From Leucoraja erinacea (Eukaryota), in assembly GCF_028641065.1 (NCBI RefSeq), contig NC_073410.1, positions 558,001 through 622,000 of the forward strand: a stretch of DNA of 64,000 nucleotides. Reading direction: 5' to 3'. Of the stretch, positions 20,791-34,692 are shown in pieces. A program made the translations under genes and the position numbers. The notes below the pieces were generated by a model, which saw only the letters and a list, made by a program, of their open reading frames with translations, did no database searches and was not told where the DNA came from. How positions within the stretch are numbered: the stretch's first letter is position 1; each line of letters begins with the position of its first letter.

Positions 20791-23639
20791 CTTCTTGCAG
20801 CTTCTGAAATGTTATTTTCCAGCAAGGGATTAATTTTGTGTGAGCATTCATTCACTTTCTAAACCTAATCGCAGAACCGAACCCCAGATTAGTTAATTAT
20901 TCCATTTGAACTTTGTGAAAGGTTAGTTACAAAACTAGGTGGCATTGTCCCTGCCAGTCCCACCACTTATCCACCACTGTAGAGCTGGCAGCCCTGGTCT
21001 GAATAACCTCCTGCATAAAATAGCTGGCATCAGAGAAGAATAGAAGGTCAGAGTTTGGAGCTGCTTTCTCAGTTTTGAACTAACAGCTGTTTTTAATTCA
21101 GTTTAAAAATCACAAAACAGTTTTGTCCAAAACTCCAAGTAACCCATGAAGCGAGAATATCCACACGCTCCACTGTGTAATCCTGTGTCATGCACTGGCA
21201 TTCCAGATCCTTGTTTAAATGAACGTTTTTGCAGATTTAATTGCAATGTTTGCTGCATGATTAAAGAGCTGTTTGATCAAGAGCTTTACGACAACTTGCT
21301 CTGGGCAGTGGACAGGAACCTGACGTGCATTTCACTGCCACTTTCCCCAAGAGAGCCCTTGGGTGAAATAACATGCAAAACACACTTTGCCAAGTATACC
21401 ATATACATTAAATAATGGGATGCATCATTGTATTCATTGCTTTTGTATTTTTAGCTGGCCCTTATTGCAATTGTTTCATCATAGACACACTCCATGTTCC
21501 CTTTCACCATGAGGGGACTTGAGCATTCAAGGACCACTCCTCAGATCCACAATAGACTTGGACACATTTTTTGGGCGGTTATTCAGGGCCTTTGCTGAAT
21601 AATTAGTCTGGTCCATTGGAGCCGTGAGAGTGGCAATACAAGAAGTTTCACAACAAAACAGTTCCTTCGTGCATGGTTTTGGCGTTGGAGGTGGATTTTT
21701 ACCCAAGTGAAGGTAAATGACCTGGAGTCACTGTGATGGGCACTAATATGTTGTTGGAAAGAGCGGTTTGAAGTTAAGAAAGTGTTGATTCACTGTAAAT
21801 AAGATAATTGCAGAAGGTTGCATTCTTATTTCAGATTCCTCTGCCAACCAAGTCTTCAGAATGATTCAACTTGTCTCAGAGCCAAGAAAAATCTTGCTGC
21901 CAGCTATGGTTGTGTGGAACTTGTCCCAAAACATTCATTGCTGGGAACGGTTTGTGACTGAGACCCGAAATTGTAAAGCATGTTACCATGGGCATAAATA
22001 CTGTCTTATGATCGAACCATTATGTTGAGTCTCTGACAAATGGGTATCTCAGTGCAGCTTGTGAATGGAATTTAATTTCACCGATGCCCCAGTCTCTCAG
22101 CGGGCAGGAGATTAATATATTTGGGGCTACATAAAATGAGAAGCTTCTCAAAGGGATGTTGGTGTCTAGAACCCACAACAATGAATGGGGAGTGTAAATA
22201 ATTATACTGTACATTAGCTGCCCATTGCTCCCGTGGTTTAGAGGAGGGGCTGTGCTAGGTTGCTGAAATAGCACCAGCACCTGGTTACTACCAGCTAACC
22301 AGGACATACCAACTAACTAGGATCTGGATAGGATCAACCAAACAGGACTCATGACATCGCAGAGTCCAATTCTCCAAACCAGGAGCTGGCAGTAAATAAC
22401 ATCCTGCAATCTCACAGAGAAGGCATCTTTCAGTATCATCCCAGCAAAACACTACTGCTTATACAGTCAAGGCTGAAAATATCATGTGCTTTCACATGAA
22501 ACTTTGTGTGGGACAAGCTGTGAAAAGGATATATATTTAAACACTAATAAGATTTGATTATGTATGGTGATAAAAGCTACAACACTTTGGTTGGGCTAGA
22601 ATCTATCTCTAGGACATGGAGTGGTGCCAGGTTGCCCCCCGAGCGTGGTAATTCTGACCTGCACATCCTTGGTACGTACGTACTCATGTCCTTAAATAGA
22701 TTAGAGCATCACATCGATTAGTGAAGAATGCAATCTTCAAACTTCATCTTCATGGTCTGTTCTGCTTCATGTCTCAGGGCTGTGTCCATTCTCCGCTTTG
22801 ACATCAACATCATCAGTCTTAGCTCAGGGTATTTCTAGACATCGCCCACAATTATACCATTTATTAATGAGGGGTAATTCCTGGAGATAGTGGTGATTAA
22901 AAAACCTTTAGATAGTCAGAGAGTGGAGGGGTATTGATCATGTCCAGGCAGATGAGAATAATTTAAATTGGCATTGTGTTTAGAATGGACATGATGGGCC
23001 AAAGGGCCTGTTCCTGTGCTGTACAATTCTGTGATCTATGCTCTGGATGGTTAAGATAACAATGTGATGTTATCTCTGTCTATATCTTATCTCTGCACCA
23101 GTTAAGTAGCTCGCTATAGAATCATTCGGATATTCCACATCATCCTGTGATCGCCACCTCTCTGCATAAATCACCTGGAACATTGACTCAGATTTCTCTG
23201 TTCATCTCCTCTCTTCCTTTCCTCTCCCACCATTGAAAAGAGGTTTAAATTAAATGTTATTGCTTGCTTTAGCCCTGGGCAAAAGGCAGGGGCAACTTGC
23301 TGGTGCTTTATCTGCCGTGTATATTGCAGCCTCAATTGCTCCCTGGAGTGACACAGAACTCGTTGCCCTGACCAGGCCTGGGCTCCAGATGAAGGCTAAT
23401 GTCAGATAAAAGCTTGTCTACTCCTCAGATACTAAAGTGGAAGGGGTGTTGGTGGTCTGGATCAAACAGCCCATCTGTGCCGGTCCACCAGAGCAGCTGG
23501 GAGCTGGACAGCAGGCTTGGCTTGAGTACATACGCAACAGGCAGATACAGAGAGTTACAGGGAGCAGGAACAGAGCCTATCCTTACTGAGAGTCAATTAC
23601 TCCAAAAACAAACGACACAGAGGAACAAAATAAACTTGT

Positions 23640-23734
23640 AGATAGATACAAGTGCTGGAGTAACTCACGGGATCAGGCAGCATCTCTGGAGAAAAGGAAT
23701 CGGTGACGTTTCAGGTCGAGACCCTTCTTCAGAC
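23640..23734 (-). mobile_element. Penelope-derived unit with hammerhead motif at 23705-23732 (core intact, G-U at the base of stem II)
   Basis: Minus: CTGAAGAagggtctcgacctGAAACGTCaccgattccttttctccagagatgctgcc. Confidence 0.75.
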
Positions 23735-23969
23735 ATAAAAGAAAATTGGAGGGAACCAAACCTCTCCAAAATGCATCTTCTGTTCATTGTCAACTGAAGG
23801 TTTGTAAATCATCTCGTTAGCTATCAGCCCATGAAACAGTCAATTGAGTTTTGTTAGTTTAGTTTAGTTTAGTGTCACGTGTATTGAGGTTTCAGTGAAA
23901 GGTTTTTGTTGTGTGTTAGGGAATCAACGTTAAGGGATTTATTTCACAACATCCAGACCAAGCGGTCCC

Positions 23970-24225
23970 CAGGGAGATGGTCAAGGCTGGTCAGGGAGAG
24001 GGTCAAGACTGGCCAGGGGAGGGGGTCAAGGCTGGCCAGTGGAGATGGTCAAGGCTGGCCAGGGGAGGGGGTCAAGGCTGGCAAGTGGAGAGGGTCAAGG
24101 CTGGTCAGGGGAGAGGGTCAAGGCTGGTCAGGGGAGAGGGTCAAGGCTGGCCAGGGGAGATGGTCAAGGCTGGCAAGGGGAGAGGGTCAAGGCTGGTCAG
24201 GGGAGAGGGTCAAGGCTGGCCAGTG
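23970..24225 (+). repeat. 23-bp minisatellite (GGTCAAGGCTGGTCAGGGGAGAG), about 11 copies
   Basis: gtcaagg recurs at 24071, 24094, 24117 and so on. Confidence 0.9.
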
Positions 24226-26159
24226 GGCTTCTGAAAGACTCCTGAGCGAGGAGGTAGCAAACAACTTTTTAACAGGTCCCAAAGTGTTTGAATTGAGAGC
24301 AAAGGACCGTCAACATGTCCAACACAGCAACTGACCGTTTGGCCATACCTTGCCCACACCCATCACCATGCCAACCCCATATGTCCACATTAGGCCCTTT
24401 CTTAACTCCGTGTAAACCACATCATCTGCTCTGCCTTCATCACTTTCCTCAACTCCTTTCCCATCCTTGGTCCACAAACATTTTAAATGTTGTTACTGCA
24501 CCTGCCCACCGCCTCCCCTGGCAGCTCAGTTCATACACCTCTCTGGGTGAAAAATATACTACTCAGGCCTAATTTGAGTTCCTCCCCCATCACCTCATGT
24601 GCTCCAGTTTTAGTCTCCCCACCCTTGGAAAAAACTCTATCTACACGATCCAATGTTTTATAATGCTTGAGTTATTCCTCGTCTTTCTATGTAGCAGTGA
24701 GATTAGTCCCAGCCTCCACAATCTCTCTTTATATCTGTTGTAGAGGACATCTCTGGTGGTGTGGGCTGTCCATGGAGTGATGTTTTCAGTGAAGATTACA
24801 CAAGATTAAATGCCCGGCACCTCTAACACTGCAACGGCCTTGCTGTACATCATTGAAAGGTCAGTCTGAGCTTGTGTTGTGTTATAATCCCTGTCCGCCT
24901 ATTTACTCTGATAACAAAGGCGCACTTGGAGACGGCTCTGGCAAAGAAAGCTTGCGGATTATTGGGAATTAAGCAAACAGGGTGAATTTGGAACATACAC
25001 ACTACCTCAAATATTGTGTTGTCAAAGCTGGTGCTGGAGGAACCCTAACTCACTCGCTGCAGAAGGCAGTGGATACCACTTGCCACAGAGTGGTAGAGTT
25101 TGTGTTTAGATTATTGTCACGTGTATCAATGCACAGTGAAGAGATTTTATTGTGAGCTAACTACTCAGTGGAAAGACAATACATGATTATGTGTCTGTGC
25201 TGAAACAGGCTCCTCAGCCCAACTTGCCCATGCAGACCACGTTGGCAGATTATCCCTCTAAAATCTTCCTATCCTTATATATCTGTCCAAAATGTATCAT
25301 TGATTTTGCTTCATTAGCTGGTTCCAGATACAGGCTACCCTCTGAGTGAAAAAGTTGTTCTGAGGGCCCTCGTAAACCTATCCCCTCTCACCTGAAGCGG
25401 GTGAGGGAGTGGAGTGGAGTGGGGCAGTACCCAGAATATCTTCACTACAACCTCTCTTATCACAGCATCTGTGGTGTGGAACTTGGAGCAGAGTTTGCAC
25501 CCTGTGAACTGCCAGAGCACATGTTATAATCGTGTCAACATTTGCCACCACCTTACGTCAGAGAAACATCCTCCTCCTTCTCCCTGAAGCATAGAACAGA
25601 TTTACTGAATGAGATGATTTTGTGTTCGAGATTGGCTTGTTTGTCTCAACTTGAAAGGGAGAAAACTGAGCCTTTACTAATTAAAAAATATAGTTTGTAC
25701 ACAGAGGATGCTCTGTCTCCAGAATATCCATGAAATAAAAGTTAATGAGTTATCCAGTTGTTTCAGTTGCTTTCATATTCCTACAAAGGAAACACAAAGG
25801 ATATCAAAATACTTTGAATATAACCCCATTGACATTATCTCCGTAGTCATAAAGTCTTACAGTGTGGAAACAAGTCCATCGGCCTAACCTTTCCACACTG
25901 GCCAACATGTCCCACCTGCCTGTCGATCCTATAACCATCTAAAACTGTCTCATCCGTGTACCTGCCTCAATGTTTCTTGAACGTTGTGATCTTCAAGGCT
26001 GTGATCATGTGGTGCTTTTGAGGGGTAACCACACAGAGATGTTGAGTTGCATAGTTACATGAGGTGATGCTGTCCATCTACAGGGCTCAGTGCCTGCCAA
26101 CACCCTCAGGAAACCTGCCCAATGGCTGTTTGTAAACATCGCTGTGATGACACACAGTG

Positions 26160-26255
26160 CTGGAGTCTGAAGAAGGGTCCCAACCCGAAACGTCAACTAT
26201 CGACATGCTCCAGAGATGCTGCTGATACGATGAGTTACTCCAACATCGTGTGTCT
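26160..26255 (+). mobile_element. Penelope-derived unit with intact hammerhead core at 26167-26194
   Basis: agtCTGAAGAagggt(ccca)acccGAAACGTC...gatgctgctg...gagttactccaac. Confidence 0.7.
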
Positions 26256-26811
26256 TAGAGTCAAATACAACACTGAAACAGGGACTTTGGCCCAACTTGC
26301 CTGTCTGCTCCACTAGACTCACCTGCCTGCGTTTGGCCCATATCACTCTAAACCTTTCCAATCCATGTACCTGTCCAAATGTGTTTTATATGTTGAACCT
26401 ACTGAATTACTCCAGCACTTTGTGTCTTTTTTTTGTAAACATGCATCTGCAGTTCCTTGTTTCGCCTTTTTCTCTACTTGAAAGCTTTTGTTACTCAAAC
26501 CTACTGAATAGTAAGTCTTGGACAGATTTAATGCAAATGTATACAAAAACGTTATTCCTATTTTCTGGAGTGAATGCCCAGGATCACTATATCCTGGAGA
26601 TTTCTGTTCTCAGAGGAAGGGATATGCAATAGAACTTCCCACACCTGGATCTGGAGGACACGTGACATCCACAACAAATCTAGGAAAGCTCAAATAAAGG
26701 GTTTCCCAAAGAGCAGGTGTCACCAGAACTTGCCGTGTGGACGTCTAGCAATGATGAGGAGACCAAGATCAACCGCCAATGAACAGTGGGAGTGAGCTGC
26801 ACCAACTCCAT

Positions 26812-27170
26812 AGTCAAGGATGATTAATTGTCACATGTACCAGCACCAGAACAATGATTACTCTGCAGATCCACCAACACAATAACGCACAAATAAATTT
26901 ATAGTAAATAACAATATCAATAAATAATAATAGATCCTGGTTCGTGTTGTGTGGTGTGGACGAGATGGTTGTTGTGGTCACGGTTTTTAGGCTCCTGTAC
27001 CTTCTTCCCAATGGTAGCAGCGAGATGGGAGGGTGGCCAGGGTGGTGTGGGTCTCTGATGATACTGGCTGTCATTTTTCAGGCAATGCATCCTATGGATC
27101 CCTTTGATGGTGAGGAGGTCGGTATCTGTGATGGACTGGGCAGTGGTCACCACTGCCTGCAGCCTCTTTT
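26812..27170 (-). mobile_element. Rex1/Babar-like LINE 3' fragment
   Basis: Peptides TTAQSITDTDLLTIKGIHRMHCL and ASIIRDPHHPGHPPISLLPLGRRYRSLKT, typical of the C-terminus of Rex1-type RT ORFs. Confidence 0.75.
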
Positions 27171-27989
27171 GTCCCTGGGGACAGACTTACCAAATTAAGG
27201 CCCGTGCGCTTGTTGACGCTCCCAAGACCATTTGGCAAGAATGTTCAGCATCAGAAATACCTCATCTATATTCAGCTGATGTAAGGTTATCAGACATCAC
27301 TCCTGGCTTCTGTCTCACTGTGAACCGGGGCGGAAGTAATGAAACCAATGTTCCCAATCCTTTGCATTTGGATCAGTGTGAACATTGGCTGGGGATCTAT
27401 CCAGGCCCACATGTCATCACACAAGGACTTGCAGAGCAATCAGACTGACTCTGCAGAACATGGACATTTGCCAACCTCTCTGATCACAAGTACAGTGCAG
27501 ACTGACACCTGGTGGTTCCATTTTCAAACTCAAAGTCATTCTCCAGTTGCGTGGAAAGTATGAAATCAAATATAGGCACTCGGTTTTATTCTGAAGCCTG
27601 GTGCCATTTGATCGCAGGACTTTGATTTAATCTCCTTTTCACCAACATGGTTTGAATTAAGGTCTTGCTTTGCCTCTGGTGATTTGGCAATTATACAAAA
27701 TGAGTCCCATACTCTGATCTGATAATCATCCTGATGTATCTGCTCTTGAGCATTATTGATCTTCACCCATCAAAAGATTGAATGGATAATAGAAACTAAA
27801 TAAATAATTATTAATGATATTGGGGCTGAATTACATTTGTAATGCAAAGGATCCAAAGAATCCCTTTAACATATGATGGGAGAATGTAATTAATTGTTCT
27901 GGGATTTATAACTAATTTGCTAACTTGCAGGAACAGTAAAAGCTTTTAGTTTTCACATATTGTTTAAAGATGTTCCATTGGTCAGGTTT

Positions 27990-28450
27990 AAAATTCCAGC
28001 GTGTTTAATTGTTATATATTCCAACAACGGAACAATAAAATTCTTACTAGCTGCAGCCTAACGAGCCCATAAAGGCAATAACACGCAGATAATATATAGA
28101 ATAAAAATGTTTAATAAATACTAACAGTTACATTGGTAACATAATAGTGTAAACGCTAAGTATGTAGTGCAATCAAGGATATCGTTCATAGCAGGTCTCA
28201 GTTGTTGAGGTTATTGTTGTGCAGTGTTCAAGAGCTCAGGAGATGGTACAGGAATACAAAATCAAATATATAAGCACTTCATTTTATAGATGGTTGTTGG
28301 GAAGAAGCTGTTCTTGAACCTGGAGGTTACAGTTTTCAGGCTCCTGCACCTTTTTCCCAATGGTAGCAGCAAGATGGGAGGGTGGCCTAGTTGATGTTGG
28401 TCTTTGATGATGCTGGCTGCCTTGTCGAATAGCGCCTTCTGCAGATCCCT
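27990..28450 (-). mobile_element. Rex1/Babar-like LINE 3' fragment
   Basis: Minus-strand translation ~AASIIKDQHQLGHPPILLLPLGKRCRSLKTVTSRFKNSFFPT plus an AT-rich 3' UTR. Confidence 0.7.
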
Positions 28451-28658
28451 GGCTGTATACGTGTGGAAAATAAACTTCTTAACATTTGAATTCTGGTGTG
28501 ATCACTCCGGCCCAACTCATCCACTCCGACCAAAGTTCCCTATCTACACTAGTCCCACCTGCTCGCGTTTGGACTATATGCCTTTAAACCTTTCCTATCC
28601 ATGTTGTGATAGTATCTGCCTCAACTACCTCCTCTGATGGTTTGTTCCATACACACAG

Positions 28659-28936
28659 TGGTAGAGTCCCAGCGCCAGAGTCCTGGGTTCGATACACGGG
28701 TGCTGTCTGTATGGAGTTTGTACGTTCTCCCTGTAACGACTTGGGTTTTCCCCGGTTTCCTCCCACACTCCACAGACGTGCAGGTTTGTAGTTAATTGGT
28801 TTCAGTAAAAATGTAAATTGTCCCTAGTGTGTGTAGGATAGTGTTAGTGAATGGAGGTCATTGGTCGGCACGGACTCGGTGGGCCGAAGGGCCTGTTTCC
28901 GTGGTGTATCTCAGAGTCTAAACTAAACTAAACTAA
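28659..28936 (+). mobile_element. Near full-length V-SINE (HE1-like): tRNA-derived head, V-domain, CR1-like tail, (CTAAA)n end
   Basis: gggttcgat B box; gtctgtatggagtttgtacgttctcc...ggtttcctcccacactcc; ggactcggtgggccgaagggcctgtttcc; ctaaactaaactaaactaa. Confidence 0.85.
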
Positions 28937-29508
28937 GCGATATTTCCCATTGCTCTTCAGGTTCCTCTTAACTCACGTCTTCAGAAGATAAAGTTATCTC
29001 AAGATGTTGCGTTGTCCACAGCTGGAGACAGAGGCAGTATAAAATCAACTTCAAAGGCCAGCACTTGTTTTATTAGAGTAACTGTGGAGAGAGGTGGAAA
29101 CTATAAAAATGTCATAGGTTCTCCAGAAAATCTTTGTAAAAGCCCACGAGAAAACGGTCCAATAAATTGCAAGCCACTTAGCAAAAAATAACTTTTCAGT
29201 GAACATCCTGTGCAAAAAAAGTATTAAATGGAGCTCGTGTCGATGGATCTGTTTGTTTCATGCAGTTTTATGGAGAATGTGATATTCACGTAAGCTCCAT
29301 GAGCTCATAAATCTGCCTGTTTCAACAGCAAAGAACAGCAAACCACTCTGGGGCAGTGTGTTCATTTAACCATGTGCCTGCCAAGTGTGGGATGTGTCCA
29401 TCCAGACAAACTCACAGTCGGCCTGAGGGTTAGGATTCTTCAACCAATCTGACGGTAATGCCCTTCCTCAGATACGCAGAGTCTGCATGTTCACCTTAGA
29501 GATGTTTG

Positions 29509-29577
29509 GACAGCTCGGTGGCGCAGCGGTAGAGTTGCTGCCTTACAGCACCAGAGATCCAGGTTCAACCCTGACTA
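29509..29577 (+). mobile_element. Isolated tRNA-derived SINE head
   Basis: A box TGGCGCAGCGG, B box GGTTCAACCC; matches the V-SINE 5' end; no complete cloverleaf. Confidence 0.7.
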
Positions 29578-30595
29578 TAAGGGAGGTCAGTAGCAGTGTA
29601 GACCAAGCAGTGTCCACCACTGTGTTGCTGAACCAGTCAGAGTACTCTCCACTGTAGACCAGTAGAAGTTCAGAGTATTCAAGGTGTAGAGAGAGGCTAT
29701 TTCAGTATCTGCAGGCATTTATTTCTGTCCATTGATAAAGTCTCCTCAACACTGGAGATAATGTACTGGTCACATTGACTTCACCACCATTCCATCTGGG
29801 ACAATAAACTGAGATTGAGAAGAATGTTTCCAGCTAATTTGAATAATTCAAAGATAATCGAAAAACCATCAATGTGTAGAAAGGGGAGACACTGAGGCTG
29901 AGTGTTCACACATAACACATTGAACATTCCCCACTCAGCCATCCTCAGCAGCTGCTGCTATTTAATGTAGGAGAAACAAATGTGAAACGTTTATCTCACT
30001 CCGTCTCCTGAAATCTGAGCAACATGTGAGCATTAACATACTTTGATAATAGCTGGTCTGCATCCGAGCTCAGGAGATTAACCACAGCCATTACTGTCGA
30101 TGATTGCAATCAGGCCAGGCCAGCCTTGCATCTGACAAGGTGTGTGAGCTGGAGTTCATTGGACAGGTAACGTGCCGGGACAGGTAATGGGCTGGATAGG
30201 TAATGTGCTGAATCGGTAACATGCTCGATAGATAATGTGTTGGGGCAGATAATGGGTGGCCTGGGTCACTGATACCACCCCCCCCCCCCCCCCCCCCCAC
30301 CACCAACAGTGGGAGCAGAGCCCTCAGGCCACACACAAACCCAACCCACCCCAACTCTCCTCTGAATGAGAAAGTGGGATGACATAGAACTAGTGTGAAC
30401 AGGTAACCATTGGTCAGCATGGACTCTGTAGGCTGAAGGGCCTGTTTCCGTGCTGTGTCTCTAAACTATGACACTATGAGTGAATGGGTGCTCTTTCATT
30501 GCTGCCCATGTGATAAGGTGGGGGCATGACTAGGGCTGGCCTGCATCCCACACCAGCTGAAGAAGCATGCCAACCTCTGGCTGCAAAGCCAGACC

Positions 30596-30925
30596 CTGCC
30601 CACTCACACCTGGCATCATGCCCTCACCCATAACACCAGGTGTGTAGGTGCTGCCCCCTCACCTGGCATCGTGCCCTCACCAATACCACCAGGTGTGCAG
30701 ATGCTTCCCCCTCACCTGGCATTGTGCCCTCACCAATACCACCAGGTGTGTAGGTGCTGCCCCCTCACCTGGCATTGTGCCCTCACCCATAACGCCAGGT
30801 GTGTAGATGCTGCCCCCTCACCTGGCATTGTGCCCTCACCAATACCACCAGGTGTGTAGATGCTGCCCACTCACCTGGCATCATGCCCTCACCAATACCA
30901 CCAGGTGTGTAGATGCTGCCCACTC
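30596..30925 (+). repeat. 53-bp minisatellite, 6 units, each with an internal inverted repeat CACCTGG...CCAGGTG
   Basis: CACCTGG at 30607, 30660, 30713, 30766, 30819 and 30872 (exact 53-bp period). Confidence 0.95.
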
Positions 30926-31471
30926 TCGGCCCTGGAATGACACAACTGTTTGGAGAAGCCAAGCCCAACTATCTGCAATGATCCAGCTGGTTTATTGAGA
31001 CTGGTATTCGTTGTGTTGAGTTTGGGAGGTGTCGCGACCTCTCTCCTGCCAGAGATCCACTCTCTGCCGGTCTGAGTGCGGACACTTTGGGCAGCGTGTT
31101 GGTGTTGGTGTTGGTGTTGATGTTGCTGGAGCTGATTTGTTGCAGCCGGTAACGCACATGGATCCCAGCGCTGCACTTTGCAGCCAAACGCACTTGCAAT
31201 AATTCCTTAAATCAGCAACAGAGCAGGAATGAGTTACACAAAGCGGTTCCAGGGCGTCCTGTCCGCTGATGATTTGTTGTGTCGGTGCAGAGTTAGAACA
31301 GGGCGAGTGGCTCGCGGGCATAAATCAGGCCGGGCAGCAGAGTTGTGCCGAAACCGTTGCCCGTACATTGAAACACTTCGTCTGAATGATCTAGTGATGC
31401 CATCGCCTCGTTACAATGCTGCTCTCAGCTCACCCAAGGCACTAAAGTCACCATGCCCGGACACACTGAGC

Positions 31472-31648
31472 AGGAAGGGAACTGCAGATGCTGGTTTAAG
31501 CCGAGTTAGACACAAAATGCTGGAGCAACTCAGTGGGCTAGGCAGCATTTAAGGAGAGAATGCTGGTTCTTCAGATCCAAAAAGTCACCCATTCCTACTC
31601 TCCAGAGATGCTGCCTGACCCGCTGAGTTACTCCAGCATTTTGTGTCT
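31472..31648. mobile_element. Palindromic (head-to-head) Penelope-derived element
   Basis: ggaactgcagatgctgg...gctggagcaactcag ... gatgctgcctgacccgctgagttactccagcattttgtgtct. Confidence 0.7.
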
Positions 31649-33504
31649 GCAATCACCTCCTTTCCCCATCTCTGGCAGCGACTGATCTCAGTGTGGGTCC
31701 CCGGCTGGGACTCGCAAACCCTCAGAGTGACAATGACACCAAACCTCTGGGACTCTGACACTGTGGCCCTGATCCGTTCCCAGCCCCGACTGCTACACAC
31801 ATTAGACTGCATTGCCATCAGCTGACGAGGCAGTCATCAAACAGCCTATGTTTCAGCACCATTCTTCAGGAAGATAAATAGCAGCAACTACCTACAAAAG
31901 GCACCATTACCTGTGGTGCCAGGTGAGTCTGTGACCCAGACAGCATTGGGCATGTCAGCAATTCAGAATGACAGCTGGGACCTCCGCAGGTTCACTAAAC
32001 AATGGGTAAGAGATGTATACTTTAGATACAGGGCAGGTGCAATCCAGACCCGTGATACAGCTTCTAGTCCCAGTGGATACAGCTTCTGCCCTGAGACAGT
32101 CATTAATGTGATCTTTGTGCAAATCTGCCATCACATAAAGCTATCTTTTCCCTTTCAAAAGTCAGGCCCTGCTAATGGCGACAGCTCATCACGGGGCAGT
32201 TTAATGAAGGGATACAGTGTGTTATGTTGACTTTCAGCTGAGGTCATCGTTTTCAATCTTGGGCCGGTCTGGCCCGGCTCATCGCGGTTTGGAACCGCAT
32301 GGCATTGAAGACAGGCATGGGAGAACCAGGACCCCAGGTTCCAGCTGAAACTGTCCGACATCCTCGGGGGGTTGGGAAGCTGGAAGGAGAGGAGTCCCCC
32401 CCCACTGTCTGTAGTCCTACAGGTTAGGATGCAACAAGTCAAGGACCACAGTAACAAGGAACTGCAGATGCTAGCTAATCCACAAAAGACTCAAAGTGCT
32501 GGAGTAACTCAGCAGGTCAGGTAGCATCGATGGAGAACATGGTCGTAATGCCATAGAGTGTGGAAACAGGCCCTTCAGCCCAACTTGTCCACACTGACCA
32601 ATATGTCACTTCTATACTAGTCCCACCTGCCAGCATTTGGCCCATATCTCAGCCTATCCCATCCATGTACCTGTCTAAATGTTTCTTAAAAGTTGCGATA
32701 GGACCTGCCTCTGTGTAAAAATGTTACCCCTCAGGTTCCTATTAAATCCCCCCCCAAGGTGATGCTTCTGGCGGAGACACTGCCTCAGACTGCCATTGGT
32801 TTGGAGGTGGTGGAACACGTGGATGATTGAAGGACAGCGATTGATGGACAGGGCTGCATCTCGGCGATGGACCTCAAGGGCCAAGAGTGTTTCATTGTCC
32901 TTTGTGCCGCAACAAGGCAATGCCATTCCTTCTTGTTGCAGCTTTACAGATCCGTGAACGCAACAACACTCAGGTAACCTCTTCCCCCCCCCCCCCCTCC
33001 CACCATAAATGCTACCTGACCCACCGAGTTCCTCCAGCACTCAGTGTTTTACTCATTATTCCAGCATCTGCAGTTCCTTGTTTGTCCAACCCTGCCCTGT
33101 CACCTAGACCTGTAATATACTGGGAAAAATCACACTAAAGTCAAACTCTGCACAAACCTGTTGTAGGATGTTTACTGGGAATAGTTACATCCAAAACAAT
33201 CATTGCTGAGATAATTATACCCATCTCAGATACATATGTACAACTCCATATCATTTAGTTACAATTACAATGTTTGCACATTAATAGATGTTGCTCTGGT
33301 AATTTTGAATGTTTGACAAATAGGCAGCACACAGCTGGGCCTGGGAGGTTATGCTGCAGTCGGCACATCCATGCCACACACACATAGCTGGGCTCTCCTG
33401 GCAAGAGTTGCCAGCACTGGCTGCCCGATTCCCACAGGGCGAGGGGACAGAGAGTTTGATGAACCCAGAGCTGTCGTGACCTTTCCACACTGAATCTACC
33501 AGCC

Positions 33505-33905
33505 TCAGGTCATGTGATAACAACAAAGTTAGGCCATTCATCCCATCAAGTCTACTCCGCCATTCAATCATGGCTGATCTATCTCTCCCTCTTAACCCCA
33601 TTCTCCTGCCTTCTCCACATAACCCCTGACACCCGTACTAATCACGAGTCTATGTATCTCTGCCTTAAAAATATCCATTGACGACCTCCACAGCCTCCTG
33701 TGGCAATGAATTTCACAGATTCACCACCTTCTGACTAAAGAAATTCCTCCTCATCTCCTTCCTAAAGGAACATCTTTGAATTCTGAGGCTGTGACCTCTG
33801 GTCCTAGACTCTCCCACTAGTGGAAACATCCTCTCCACATCCACTCTATCCAGGCCTTTCACTATTCAGTAAGTTTCAATGAGGTCCCCCCTCATTCTTT
33901 TAAAC
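33505..33905 (-). mobile_element. CR1-clade LINE 3' end
   Basis: Minus strand encodes ~RGDLIETY...DRVDVERMFPLVGESRTRGHSLRI...RKEMRRNFFSQKVVNL*NSLPQEAVE, followed by the CR1 tail. Confidence 0.85.
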
Positions 33906-34439
33906 TCTGTCACTGGCCACAGAGAACAGAGACTCAGCCCCTGACCCCAGGGTCAGGGATACACTCTCCATCCACCCACACACACGCCACATGCCAGACC
34001 CTCCTTCATGCACCCTGTGAAATCTGACTCATTCTTCCAGCTTTTGGTCATTATTCCTAAAGTTTGCTTCTGGTTATTTTAAATTTTAACTCTGCCCATT
34101 GGTACACCACAAAACAGGCTGTGACAACTCTTGAATCAAACAGTGCAGTATAAATGCAAGCTGTTGCTACTGTTAGTGTAACAACAGCAAGAGATGTGTG
34201 GACCCAGTGCCAAAGACACAGGAGTAAATTAAACTCAAAAAGGCTTTAACTTGAATCCCAATAAACAAGTGTACAAGGCTCAGCATCGGGAATCCCAACA
34301 CTAAGCAAAGACAGACAAAAATCAGCCCTTAAATAGAGGACCCGTTCAGAGAAGGTTTGCTGGACCTGGTACATGCAATGGGTGGATCATCTTCTGGTGA
34401 AAGGATGGACAGGCTGGGCTTGTATCTGCTGGAGGTAGA

Positions 34440-34692
34440 GGGAGCTGCAGATGCTGGTTTACAAGAAAAGCACAAAGTGCTGGAGTAACTCAGCGGGTCA
34501 GGCAGCATCTGTGGAGAACATGGATAGGTGACGTTTCACAGAGTGCTGGAGTAGCTCAGTGGGTCAGGCAGCATCTGTGGAGAACATGGATAGGTGACGT
34601 TTCACAAAGTGCTGGAGTAACTCAGTGGGTCAAGCAGCATCTGTGGAGAACATGGATAGGTGACGTTTTAGGTTGGGGCCCTTCTTCAGACC
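34440..34692 (-). mobile_element. Penelope-derived element with degenerate hammerhead and 3 x 66-bp tandem units
   Basis: gtgctggagtaactcagcgggtcaggcagcatctgtggagaacatggataggtgacgtttcaca repeated, ending cccttcttcagacc. Confidence 0.85.

Noticed and set aside
29509-29577. tRNA gene
   Set aside because: A/B boxes are present but there is no proper acceptor stem; it matches the SINE head seen elsewhere in the window.
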